Source: Chloroflexi bacterium GWC2_73_18 | GTDB lineage: Bacteria; Chloroflexota; Limnocylindria; Limnocylindrales; CSP1-4 | Reading direction: 5' to 3' | Length of the DNA: 50,679 nucleotides | NCBI GenBank assembly: GCA_001794945.1 | Contig: MGMJ01000044.1 | Span: 1,415 to 52,093, forward strand | In this document: positions 17,018-23,939 of the stretch, one piece after another | Numbering within the stretch: the stretch's first letter is position 1 | Layout of the letters: each line of letters opens with the position of its first letter | Notes under the pieces: generated by a model | Database searches by the model: none | What the model saw: only the letters and a program-made list of their open reading frames with translations | What the model was told of the DNA's origin: nothing | Program-made: the position numbers and the translations under genes

Positions 17018-17605
17018 GTGAGACGTCTGCTGGTGCTGCTGGCCATCCCTGCCGTCCTGCTGGCCGCACCCGTCGTGGCGGCCGGAGGGCTGCATGCCAC
17101 CTTCCCGTTGAACGGCTCGCAGGAGGTACCGTCCGTCTCGACCGCGGGGACCGGCAACGCCGTCCTCGACATCAACGCGGCCGAGACCCAGATCACCTAC
17201 TCGGTGACCTACAGCGGCCTCACGGGGCCCATCACCGGGGCCCATCTGCACCTCGGCGCGAGGGGCGCCAACGGCGGCGTCCTCTTCGCCCTTGCCGGCG
17301 GTCCGAGCCCGAGCCCGCTTACCGGCGCGCTGACCGCCGCCGACCTCGCGGCCACCGGGGACGTGAGCACCTTCGCCCAGGCGATCGACGCCATCAAGCA
17401 CGGCAGGGTCTACGTCAACATCCACACGGCGGCCAACCCCGGTGGTGAGATCCGCGGGCAGGTGCCCGCCCTCCTGCCGCCGACCGACGTCGCTCCCGGT
17501 GCGACCGCCCCTGACGGTGCCCCCTCAGGGACCGTGCTCCTGCTCGTGGTCGGGATCGCGGGACTTCTCGTGGCGCGGAGGCGCTTCGGCACGGCGAGCC
17601 GCTGA
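17018..17605 (+). CDS. CHRD-domain protein with signal peptide and C-terminal TM anchor
   Basis: The CHRD signature is present (LNGSQEVPSVSTAGTGNAVL...ITYSVTYSGLTGPITGAHLHLGARGANGGVLF...VNIHTAANPGGEIRGQV). GTG 17018 lies 9 nt after AGGAGG (17003-17008). The C-terminus reads ...GTVLLLVVGIAGLLVARRRF. Confidence 0.8.
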   Translation: MRRLLVLLAIPAVLLAAPVVAAGGLHATFPLNGSQEVPSVSTAGTGNAVLDINAAETQITYSVTYSGLTGPITGAHLHLGARGANGGVLFALAGGPSPSPLTGALTAADLAATGDVSTFAQAIDAIKHGRVYVNIHTAANPGGEIRGQVPALLPPTDVAPGATAPDGAPSGTVLLLVVGIAGLLVARRRFGTASR

Positions 17606-17634
17606 CCGAGCCCACGACCGGCTCACGACGCCGA

Positions 17635-17660
17635 GCGGGCGGCCTGCCATGGCCGCCCGC
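17635..17660 (+). terminator. Strong GC hairpin after the CHRD gene (10-bp stem gcgggcggcc/ggccgcccgc, 6-nt loop)
   Basis: A perfect 10-bp inverted repeat lies 30 nt after the stop codon. Confidence 0.45.
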
Positions 17661-17739
17661 CCCCTTCACGACCGGCGGGAGCGCCGCCGGAGCCCGCCCC
17701 CCGGGGCCCGCCCGAGTCTCCGATCGGTCGGGCTGCCGC

Positions 17740-17745
17740 TAGACT
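17740..17745 (+). promoter_or_regulatory. Candidate -10 hexamer TAGACT for a leaderless hisS transcript
   Basis: TAGACT is followed by 7 nt and then ATG 17753. There is no Shine-Dalgarno. It sits downstream of the hairpin at 17635-17660. Confidence 0.4.
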
Positions 17746-17752
17746 TCGGCCC

Positions 17753-19054
17753 ATGCCCGCCTTCCGCGCCCCGCGCGGCACCCGCGACATCCTCCCCGCC
17801 GAGGGGCCCGCCTGGGCCCGGCTCGCGGCGATCGCCGCCGACCTGGCGCGCCGCTACGGCTACGCCCCCATCGAGACGCCGCTCTTCGAGCTGACGGCGA
17901 TCTTCGAGCGCGGCCTCGGGGAGGGGACGGACGTCGTCGAGAAGGAGCTGTTCCGGCTCGAGACGCGCGGCGACGAGGTGAGCGCGCTCCGCCCCGAGAA
18001 CACCGCCGGCATCGTGCGCGCCTACCTCGAGCACGGGATGCAGACCTGGCACCAACCGGTTCGGCTCTCCACCATCGGTTCGATGTTCCGCTACGATCGC
18101 CCGCAGGCCGGCCGCTACCGCCAGTTCCACCAGTGGGACGCGGAGGCGATCGGCGACCCGGGACCCGCCATCGACGCCGAGCTGGTCGAGCTGAACGCCC
18201 GGTTCTACGCCGAGGTCGGCCTCACCGAGGTACGGGCCAGGCTCAACTCGATCGGCGATCCTGCCTGCCGGCCCGGCTACGTCGCCGAGCTGACCGCCTT
18301 CTACCGCCGCCGCGAGGCGCTCATCCCCGAGGGCGACCGCCGGCGGGTCGCGACGAACCCGCTCCGCCTCCTCGACTCGAAGGAGGAAGCGCTGGTCGCC
18401 CTTAACGCCGACGCTCCGCGCATCGTCGAGCGGCTCTGTGCCACCTGCGCCGAGCACTTCGCCGCCGTTCGCGTTCACCTCGACGCGCTCGGCATCGCCT
18501 ACGAGCTGGAGCCGCGCCTGGTGCGCGGGCTCGACTACTACACCCGCACCGCCTGGGAGTTCTACCGCGCCGGTGCCGAGGGCCAGCAGCAGGCGCTCGG
18601 CGGTGGCGGGCGCTACGACGGGCTGGCCGAGCTGCTCGGTGGACGGCCGACGCCCGGCATCGGCTTTGCCATCGGCCTCGAGCGGGTGATCCTGGCCCTC
18701 GAGGCCCAGGAGAGCCCGCACGCCCGACCGCCGTCACCTGGCCCGGCCGCGGTCGTCGTGGGAGCGGACCCGGACGACACGGCGACCCGCCTGCGCATCG
18801 CCACGGAGCTGCGGGCCGCCGGCCTCTCCGTGCGTGCCGACCTGGGGCGGCGCCGGCTCGGCCGCCAGCTGGAGGGCGCCGCTCGCGAGGGCGCCCACTT
18901 CGCGGTGATCGTCGGCGACGAGCTGGCCGCGGGGAACGTGCTCGTCCGCGACCTCGAGGCGGGGACGCAGCGGACCGTACCACTCGGCGGTCTCGCCCGC
19001 CACATCGCCCGTGGCGAGGCGCAGCACCGCCACGGGGTCGCCGCCGAGGAGTAG
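17753..19054 (+). CDS. hisS: Histidine--tRNA ligase
   Basis: The N-terminus is MPAFRAPRGTRDILPAE. Class II motifs are present (MFRYDRPQAGRYRQFHQ; VRGLDYYTRTAWEF; GGGRYDGL), followed by a C-terminal anticodon-binding domain. Confidence 0.95.
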   Translation: MPAFRAPRGTRDILPAEGPAWARLAAIAADLARRYGYAPIETPLFELTAIFERGLGEGTDVVEKELFRLETRGDEVSALRPENTAGIVRAYLEHGMQTWHQPVRLSTIGSMFRYDRPQAGRYRQFHQWDAEAIGDPGPAIDAELVELNARFYAEVGLTEVRARLNSIGDPACRPGYVAELTAFYRRREALIPEGDRRRVATNPLRLLDSKEEALVALNADAPRIVERLCATCAEHFAAVRVHLDALGIAYELEPRLVRGLDYYTRTAWEFYRAGAEGQQQALGGGGRYDGLAELLGGRPTPGIGFAIGLERVILALEAQESPHARPPSPGPAAVVVGADPDDTATRLRIATELRAAGLSVRADLGRRRLGRQLEGAAREGAHFAVIVGDELAAGNVLVRDLEAGTQRTVPLGGLARHIARGEAQHRHGVAAEE

Positions 19055-19065
19055 CTCCGCTCCGC

Positions 19066-19071
19066 TACGAT
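19066..19071 (+). promoter_or_regulatory. Candidate -10 hexamer TACGAT 6 nt upstream of the aspS ATG
   Basis: TACGAT is followed by 6 nt and then ATG 19078. There is no Shine-Dalgarno in the 23-nt hisS-aspS gap. Confidence 0.3.
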
Positions 19072-19077
19072 GCCCGC

Positions 19078-20913
19078 ATGAGCCTATCGACCAGCTACCG
19101 GACCCACACCTGCGGGGAGCTGCGCGCCGCCGACGCCGGCGCGGAGGCCGCCCTCGCCGGCTGGGTCCACCGCCGCCGCGACCAGGGCGGCCTCATCTTC
19201 CTCGACCTGCGCGACCGCCACGGGATCACCCAGGTCGTCATCGACGAAGCGTCCGCACCGGAGGCGCACACGGCCGCAGAGGAGCTGCGCACCGAGTTCG
19301 TCGTCCAGGTGCGTGGGCGCGTCGAGCGCCGCCCCGCCGGCACGGAGAACCTGAAGCTCCCGACCGGCGAGATCGAGCTGCGGGGGCGCGCTGTCCGCCT
19401 CCTCGCCGAGGCGAGGACGCCGCCCTTCTACATCAACGAGCCCGATGCGGTGATCGAAGAGGCGCTCCGCCTCCGCTACCGCTACCTCGACCTGCGCCGC
19501 GAGGAGATGCAGCGCCGCCTGGCGATGCGCGCCGCGCTCGTCACGGCCATCCGGGCCTTCCACGATGCCAGCGGCTTCGTCGAGGTCGAGACGCCGATCC
19601 TCATCAAGTCGACGCCCGAGGGGGCGCGCGACTTCATCGTCCCCTCCCGCTTCCAGCCCGGGAGCGTCTACGCTCTCCCGCAGTCGCCGCAGCAGCTCAA
19701 GCAGCTGCTCATGGTCGCCGGCACCGACCGCTACTACCAGATCGCGCGCTGCTTCCGCGACGAGGACCTGCGCGGCGACCGCCAGCCCGAGTTCACCCAG
19801 CTCGACCTGGAGATGAGCTTCGTGGCCGAGGACGACGTCATGGCCTTCGTGGAGGCGATGGTCATCGACGTCTCCCGGAAGGTCGCGCCCGAGCGGCCGA
19901 TCGCGCTGATCCCATTCCCGCGCTTCACTTACGAGGTGGCGCTCGAGCGCTTCGGCTCCGACAAACCCGACCTCCGCTTCGGGCTCGAGCTGGTGGACCT
20001 GGGCTCCGCCGTGGCCGGCGCCGGCTATCGCGTCTTCGACTCGACGCTCGCCGCCGGCGGACGGGTGATGGGGATCGTGGTGCCGGGCGGGGCGGGTATC
20101 TCGCGCTCGCAACTCGAGGAGTACGAGACGGCGGCCAGGCGCTTCGGGGCGAAGGGGCTGATCTGGATCGCGATCGAGCCGGACGGGCGGGGCCGCGTCC
20201 GCTCCACGATCTTCAAGGCGGTCGGCGAGGAAAGGACCGAAGCGATCGCCGTCGCCGCCGGGGCGGGGCCAGGCGACCTCGTCCTCGTCGTCGCCGACGC
20301 GAACATCACCTGCCAGGAGATCCTGGGCAAGCTCCGCGTCGAGGCTGGCAGGGGCCTCGGCCTGGCCGACCCGGACCTCCTCTCCTACTGCTGGGTCCAC
20401 CGTTTCCCGATGTACCACTGGGACGGCGAGAACGGCCGCTGGGACGCGACGCATAACCCCTTCAGCGCGCCGGTCCCCGCGGACGAGCCGCTCCTGGCGA
20501 CCCTCTCCGGCGACCCGACACAGCCTTCGCCAGAGGACCCGGCAGGGCGGGCGCGCGCCCAGCAGTACGACATCACCCTCAACGGCTGGGAGCTCGGCGG
20601 CGGCTCGGTGCGGATCCACCGACGCGAGCTGCTGGAGCGCTCCTTCGCCCTGATGGGTCACTCCTACGAGGGGATGCGGGAGCGCTTCGGCGGGATCCTC
20701 GAGGCGTTCGAGTACGGCGCCCCGCCGCACGGCGGGATCGCCCTCGGCATCGACCGCTGGGCCGCCCTCTTCGCCCGCGTCGAGAACATCCGCGAGGTGA
20801 TGGCCTTCCCCAAGACGCAGTCGGGGAGCGACCTGATGCTCGGCGCCCCCTCGCCGGCCGAGCCGCACCAGCTGGAGGAACTCGGTCTCCGCTCCGTGCC
20901 GCCGGAAGGGTAG
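19078..20913 (+). CDS. aspS: Aspartate--tRNA ligase
   Basis: The evidence is the N-terminal OB fold (RTHTCGELR...GWVHRRRDQGGLIFLDLRDRHG), class II motif 2 (QIARCFRDEDLRGDRQPEFTQLD), a GAD insertion, and motif 3 (GGIALGIDRW). Confidence 0.95.
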   Translation: MSLSTSYRTHTCGELRAADAGAEAALAGWVHRRRDQGGLIFLDLRDRHGITQVVIDEASAPEAHTAAEELRTEFVVQVRGRVERRPAGTENLKLPTGEIELRGRAVRLLAEARTPPFYINEPDAVIEEALRLRYRYLDLRREEMQRRLAMRAALVTAIRAFHDASGFVEVETPILIKSTPEGARDFIVPSRFQPGSVYALPQSPQQLKQLLMVAGTDRYYQIARCFRDEDLRGDRQPEFTQLDLEMSFVAEDDVMAFVEAMVIDVSRKVAPERPIALIPFPRFTYEVALERFGSDKPDLRFGLELVDLGSAVAGAGYRVFDSTLAAGGRVMGIVVPGGAGISRSQLEEYETAARRFGAKGLIWIAIEPDGRGRVRSTIFKAVGEERTEAIAVAAGAGPGDLVLVVADANITCQEILGKLRVEAGRGLGLADPDLLSYCWVHRFPMYHWDGENGRWDATHNPFSAPVPADEPLLATLSGDPTQPSPEDPAGRARAQQYDITLNGWELGGGSVRIHRRELLERSFALMGHSYEGMRERFGGILEAFEYGAPPHGGIALGIDRWAALFARVENIREVMAFPKTQSGSDLMLGAPSPAEPHQLEELGLRSVPPEG

Positions 20914-20932
20914 GGCCCGGCGCTTCCGGCGG
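20899..20932 (+). terminator. Hairpin spanning the aspS stop codon (10-bp stem ccgccggaag/cttccggcgg, 14-nt loop)
   Basis: A perfect 10-bp inverted repeat read from the sequence. The aspS stop TAG (20911-20913) lies in the loop. Confidence 0.35.
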
Positions 20933-20948
20933 GGAGCAGCGGCGCGAG

Positions 20949-21040
20949 CCCGGGTCGCCCCGTTTCGACCGGATCCCGCCCGGGGGGATCACCTGCCCCG
21001 GGTCGCCCGTTTGGCAAGGGGTTCCCGCCCGGGGGGAATG
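20949..21040. repeat. Two tandem ~45-48-bp direct repeats, each ending in a 19-bp GC-rich palindrome (gatcccgcccggggggatc; gttcccgcccggggggaat)
   Basis: Copy 1 is cccgggtcgccccgtttcgaccggatcccgcccggggggat (from 20949). Copy 2 is cccgggtcgcccgtttggcaaggggttcccgcccggggggaat (from 20998). They are about 75-80% identical by eye and lie in the intergenic region after aspS. Confidence 0.7.
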
Positions 21041-21042
21041 CG

Positions 21043-21781
21043 GTGGGGGTTGGACGGCCCGGGCTCGCCTCCGGGCCGGCTGCGACCCGTCCGCGCGCCA
21101 TCTCGGGCTCCGCGCCACGCTCGTCGGCGGGCGTTCTCCCGACCGGCGACCCGGGGAGGCGTGATCCCGGCGGCGTCAGCACGCCCCATTCCCCCGGGGC
21201 GGGAATCCGGAAGATCCGCGGCCGCGGCGGCTCCTCCTACGGCGTCTACGGCTCGAGCGACTCTTCGTACGGCGTCCACGGCTACAGCAACGCCACCGAC
21301 CAACCGGCGACGGTCGGTCAGTCCGGTGGCAACAGCACCGGGGTCCTCGGCTACGGCGGTTCGGCCGCGCTGCCCTTCGCCCGTTCAGGACCGGCGTCTA
21401 CGGCGCGCCGTCCAGGAGAGTAGATGCATCGGGGTGTACGGGCGCAGCACCGCCGGGCGCGGCGCCTTCGGCCAGGCGACGAGCGGAGTGGGCGTCTGGG
21501 GCGCCACCGTGAGCGGCTACGCCCTGCGCGCCTCCGGCCGGGTCACGTTCGACGACGCGAGCGGCACGGCCACGATCACGGCAGGCACGAAGAGCAAGAC
21601 CGTCACCCCTGGCTTCGATCTCACGACGAGCACGAAGGTCCTGGTCACTCTTCTGGGCAACCCCGGCGGAAGCACCGTGGTCCAACGCGTGGCCGTCAAC
21701 GCCACCACCGACACCTTCACCGTCTACCTCACCGCCGACGCGACGGCCAGCACGAAGTTCGCCTGGTTCGTCATCAGCTGA
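21043..21781 (+). pseudogene. Decayed paralogue A of the GVxG-repeat/WFVIS secreted protein (compare 35777-36949)
   Basis: Frame 1 (21043-21378) holds a degenerate signal region (TRPRAISGSAPRSSAGVLPTGDPG versus SRRALLAAS...GRPLPTRAANGDPV in the intact copy). Only about 4 repeats remain (GGSSYGVYGSSDSSYGVHGYSNATDQPATVGQSGGNSTGVLGYGG). At least three indels lie between 21377 and 21410, and frame 1 hits a stop at 21421. Frame 2 then reads ...GVYGRSTAGRGAFGQATSGVGVWG...VTFDDASGTATITAGTKSKTVTPGFDL...FTVYLTADATASTKFAWFVIS*. Confidence 0.75.
21188..21206. repeat. Third copy of the GC-rich palindrome (attcccccggggcgggaat), inside pseudogene A at its internal-deletion junction
   Basis: Its reverse complement, attcccgccccgggggaat, nearly equals the palindrome at 21021-21039. 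It sits exactly where homology to the intact paralogue is interrupted, between the mature N-terminus and the last repeats. Confidence 0.65.
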
Positions 21782-21799
21782 GAGGATGCCGACCCGGCC

Positions 21800-22416
21800 T
21801 TGCGGCCGGCCGGCGGGGCCGCCATACCGCGGCACCAAGCGCGCGGGGGGCGTCGAAGCGTGGTCCCCCTTCGCCCGGCCGCCAGCGCCGTGCCGACGCC
21901 GGCGTCGAAGACCGGCGTTCACGGCCGGAGCGACGCGACCGACGGGTACGGCGTCCACGGGCGGGCCGCGGATGGGATCGGGGTACTCGGCGTCTTGGGC
22001 ACACCGCCCAGCGCCCACCAACTGGAATACGCCGCTTCCGGCGTCCACGGGTACAGCTTCGACGGCATGGGGGTCTACGGCTACTGCGAGAACCTCCGGG
22101 CCGTCAACGCCTGGTGCCCCAATGGGATCGCCGTCGAGGCGACGAGTCAGAACGGGCCGGCCCTCGTGGTCGAGGGCAAGGTCACCTTCACGACCGCCGG
22201 CCTCTCCACGATCCGGTCCGGCAGCGACCGGGTCACGGTCACCCCGGGCGTCGGCATCGAGAGCACGAGCAAGATCCTCTGCACCCTGCACGGCAGCCCC
22301 GGCGGGGCGACCGCGATCCAGCGTGTCGTCCGCCACCCCGACGCCGATACGTTCACCATCTACGCCACGGCGAACGTGGCGAGCGAGTGTCCGTCTCCTG
22401 GTTCGTGATCAGCTGA
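21800..22416 (+). pseudogene. Short or decayed paralogue B of the GVxG-repeat/WFVIS protein
   Basis: The frame-2 ORF (21800-22408) has no convincing signal peptide. It begins homology at ...AVPTPASKTGVHGRSDATDGYGVHGRAADGIGVLG and carries the C-terminal domain (VTFTTAGLSTIRSGSDRVTVTPGVGIESTSKILCTLHGSPGGATAIQRVV...TFTIYATA). Between the conserved Tyr and Trp codons there are 35 nt where the paralogues have 36. This throws the family C-terminus VSVSWFVIS* into frame 1 (stop at 22414-22416). Confidence 0.6.
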
Positions 22417-23191
22417 GCGCGCCGACCAGGTCGGGTCGGAGGAGCAGGATCGCGAGGTAGGCCACCAGTGCCCAGCGGAGCGGCAGCACGGGGAGGTGGC
22501 CGATCGGCAGGAAGGCGTTGGCGGCGTAGGCGACGGTGTAGGCGAGGGCGACCGGGAGCGGGTCGCGCAGGAGGAGCACGCCGACGAGGAGCGATTCCGA
22601 GAAGCGGTCGGTGGCGCGGTCGACGTGAGGCCGGTGCTCGCCGCGGCGCCGGGCGTCGACGCCGTCGATCATGTCGAAGACGAGCGACGCGACGAGGAGG
22701 GCGAACGCCGGGGCGACCGCTCCTCCGAGCCGGGCGGCCGCCGCCGCGAAGCACGCCCAGGCCGCGAGGCGCGACACGTCGCGCGACGCCACCGGCAGCG
22801 GCAGCCAGCCGAGGGCGGCGTCGGCGGCGATCGCCACGGCGCGGCCCATGTCGACCCGCGGCGTCTCGCGGATCGCCCGGTACGGATGGCTCGCCCCGCT
22901 CATGTAGTCGAGGAAGAGGTGTACCAGGATGCAGACCAGGACAAGGGCACCGGCGGTCCGGTCGAACGTTGCGATGACAAGGCCCGCCGTGATCCAGAGG
23001 ACGCTGCCGAGCAGCTCGTGGAGGATCGTCCGGGCGTGCTGCATCCCGCCGATCCTTGGACGCAGCGACCGCAGGTGGAGGAGGTGATCAGCATCGGGGA
23101 GGACCGAGAGGGCGACCGCCGCGACGCGGTACTCCTCGGGGAAGAACGCCGAGATCCCCAGTCCGACGGCGACGTGGGTGACGCCGGTCAC
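22409..23191 (-). CDS. Polytopic membrane protein: N-terminal DUF457/YdjM-like metal-hydrolase module fused to a short CDP-alcohol-phosphatidyltransferase-like module
   Basis: The N-terminus, VTGVTHVAVGLG...LPDADHLLHLRS...HARTILHEL, resembles the YdjM family (THxxxG...PDxDH...HRxxxH). The C-terminal half carries FDMIDGVDARRRGEHRPHVDRATDRF, resembling the D-x2-DG-x2-AR...D-x3-D motif but lacking the conserved Gly. GTG 23191 lies 4 nt after GGGGGAG. Its stop overlaps the paralogue-B stop within the palindrome tcagctga. Confidence 0.6.
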   Translation of the reverse strand: MTGVTHVAVGLGISAFFPEEYRVAAVALSVLPDADHLLHLRSLRPRIGGMQHARTILHELLGSVLWITAGLVIATFDRTAGALVLVCILVHLFLDYMSGASHPYRAIRETPRVDMGRAVAIAADAALGWLPLPVASRDVSRLAAWACFAAAAARLGGAVAPAFALLVASLVFDMIDGVDARRRGEHRPHVDRATDRFSESLLVGVLLLRDPLPVALAYTVAYAANAFLPIGHLPVLPLRWALVAYLAILLLRPDLVGALS

Positions 23192-23213
23192 GGGACTCCC
23201 CCACGGCTCGTTC

Positions 23214-23912
23214 CTATCGGATCCGTGGCGGTGGGGCAGGGGAGAGGTCGGCCGCGGGCACCCGCTCGCCCCAGTCGGGCGGCAGGACCCCGACCGGCTC
23301 GGGCGGGCCCTCGAAGCGCGGCAGCGCTTCCTGCGCGGTCTCGCGGTCGTGGGTCGTTCCCGGATCCCCCAGCTCCACGGGCCGGATCGGGGCGCCACCC
23401 TCGACCAGCGCGTCGACGATCTCGCGCGGGGTCAGCGAGGCAGCCATTCCGTCGAGGCGCGGCCGGAGTGCGACGGGGACCAGGACCGGCCAGCCGCGCT
23501 CGCCCCGATAGGCCGGGGCGATGATCGCCGCCCGAGCGGTGCCGTGGGCCTCGATCAGCGAGGTGACCGTCTCGGGATCGACGTGGACGTAGAAGGCGGG
23601 CCAGAGGAGCACCGCATCGGTCCCCTCCACCTCGGAGCGAGCCATGTCGATGGCGCGGGCGATCCGGCCAGCCGGCCCCGCTTCGGCCGGGGCCGGCTCG
23701 GCCAGGGTGACCGGTGCGCCCGCCAGCGCCGCGGCGACCGCGCCGTCGGGGTCGGCCGCCACGACGACGACCGGGAGCGCGCCGCCGGACCAGGCGACGT
23801 CGGCGAGGCGGCGAACGGCGGGCTGGCCGCCGACTTCGAAGAGCGAGCGGTCGGGCAAGGCGGCGAGGATGAGCGCGGCGACGGTCACGGCGCCATGGTA
23901 CACGCGGCCCAC
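23214..23912 (-). CDS. MobA/MocA-like nucleotidyltransferase (NTP_transf_3-type) with a degenerate N-terminal Gly loop
   Basis: The translation is ...AALILAALPDRSLFEVGGQPAVRRL...AVLLWPAFYVHVDPETVTSLIEAHG...IIAPAYRGERGWPVLV..., matching the MocA/MobA pattern (LAAG.S.R.G; ...D.P.v...t...L; G.rGhPvl). However, LAAGxSxRxG is replaced by LAALPDRSLF. The start is uncertain: GTG 23912, 23903 or 23888. Confidence 0.6.
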   Translation of the reverse strand: MGRVYHGAVTVAALILAALPDRSLFEVGGQPAVRRLADVAWSGGALPVVVVAADPDGAVAAALAGAPVTLAEPAPAEAGPAGRIARAIDMARSEVEGTDAVLLWPAFYVHVDPETVTSLIEAHGTARAAIIAPAYRGERGWPVLVPVALRPRLDGMAASLTPREIVDALVEGGAPIRPVELGDPGTTHDRETAQEALPRFEGPPEPVGVLPPDWGERVPAADLSPAPPPRIR

Positions 23913-23927
23913 GGCGCTGCCGCGTTG

Positions 23928-23933
23928 TACGAT
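23928..23933 (+). promoter_or_regulatory. Candidate -10 hexamer TACGAT for a leaderless cysteine desulfurase transcript
   Basis: TACGAT is followed by 6 nt and then GTG 23940, giving [12 protein letters not shown], the canonical NifS/IscS N-terminus. There is no Shine-Dalgarno. Confidence 0.4.
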
Positions 23934-23939
23934 CGCGCC

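Noticed and set aside
17474-17488. An LPPTD string in the CHRD protein considered as a sortase LPXTG-like sorting signal.
   Set aside because: The last residue is not Gly. About 16 residues separate it from the hydrophobic helix. The neighbouring cupredoxin has the same C-terminal anchor without any LPXT motif, so a simple C-terminal TM anchor is more parsimonious.
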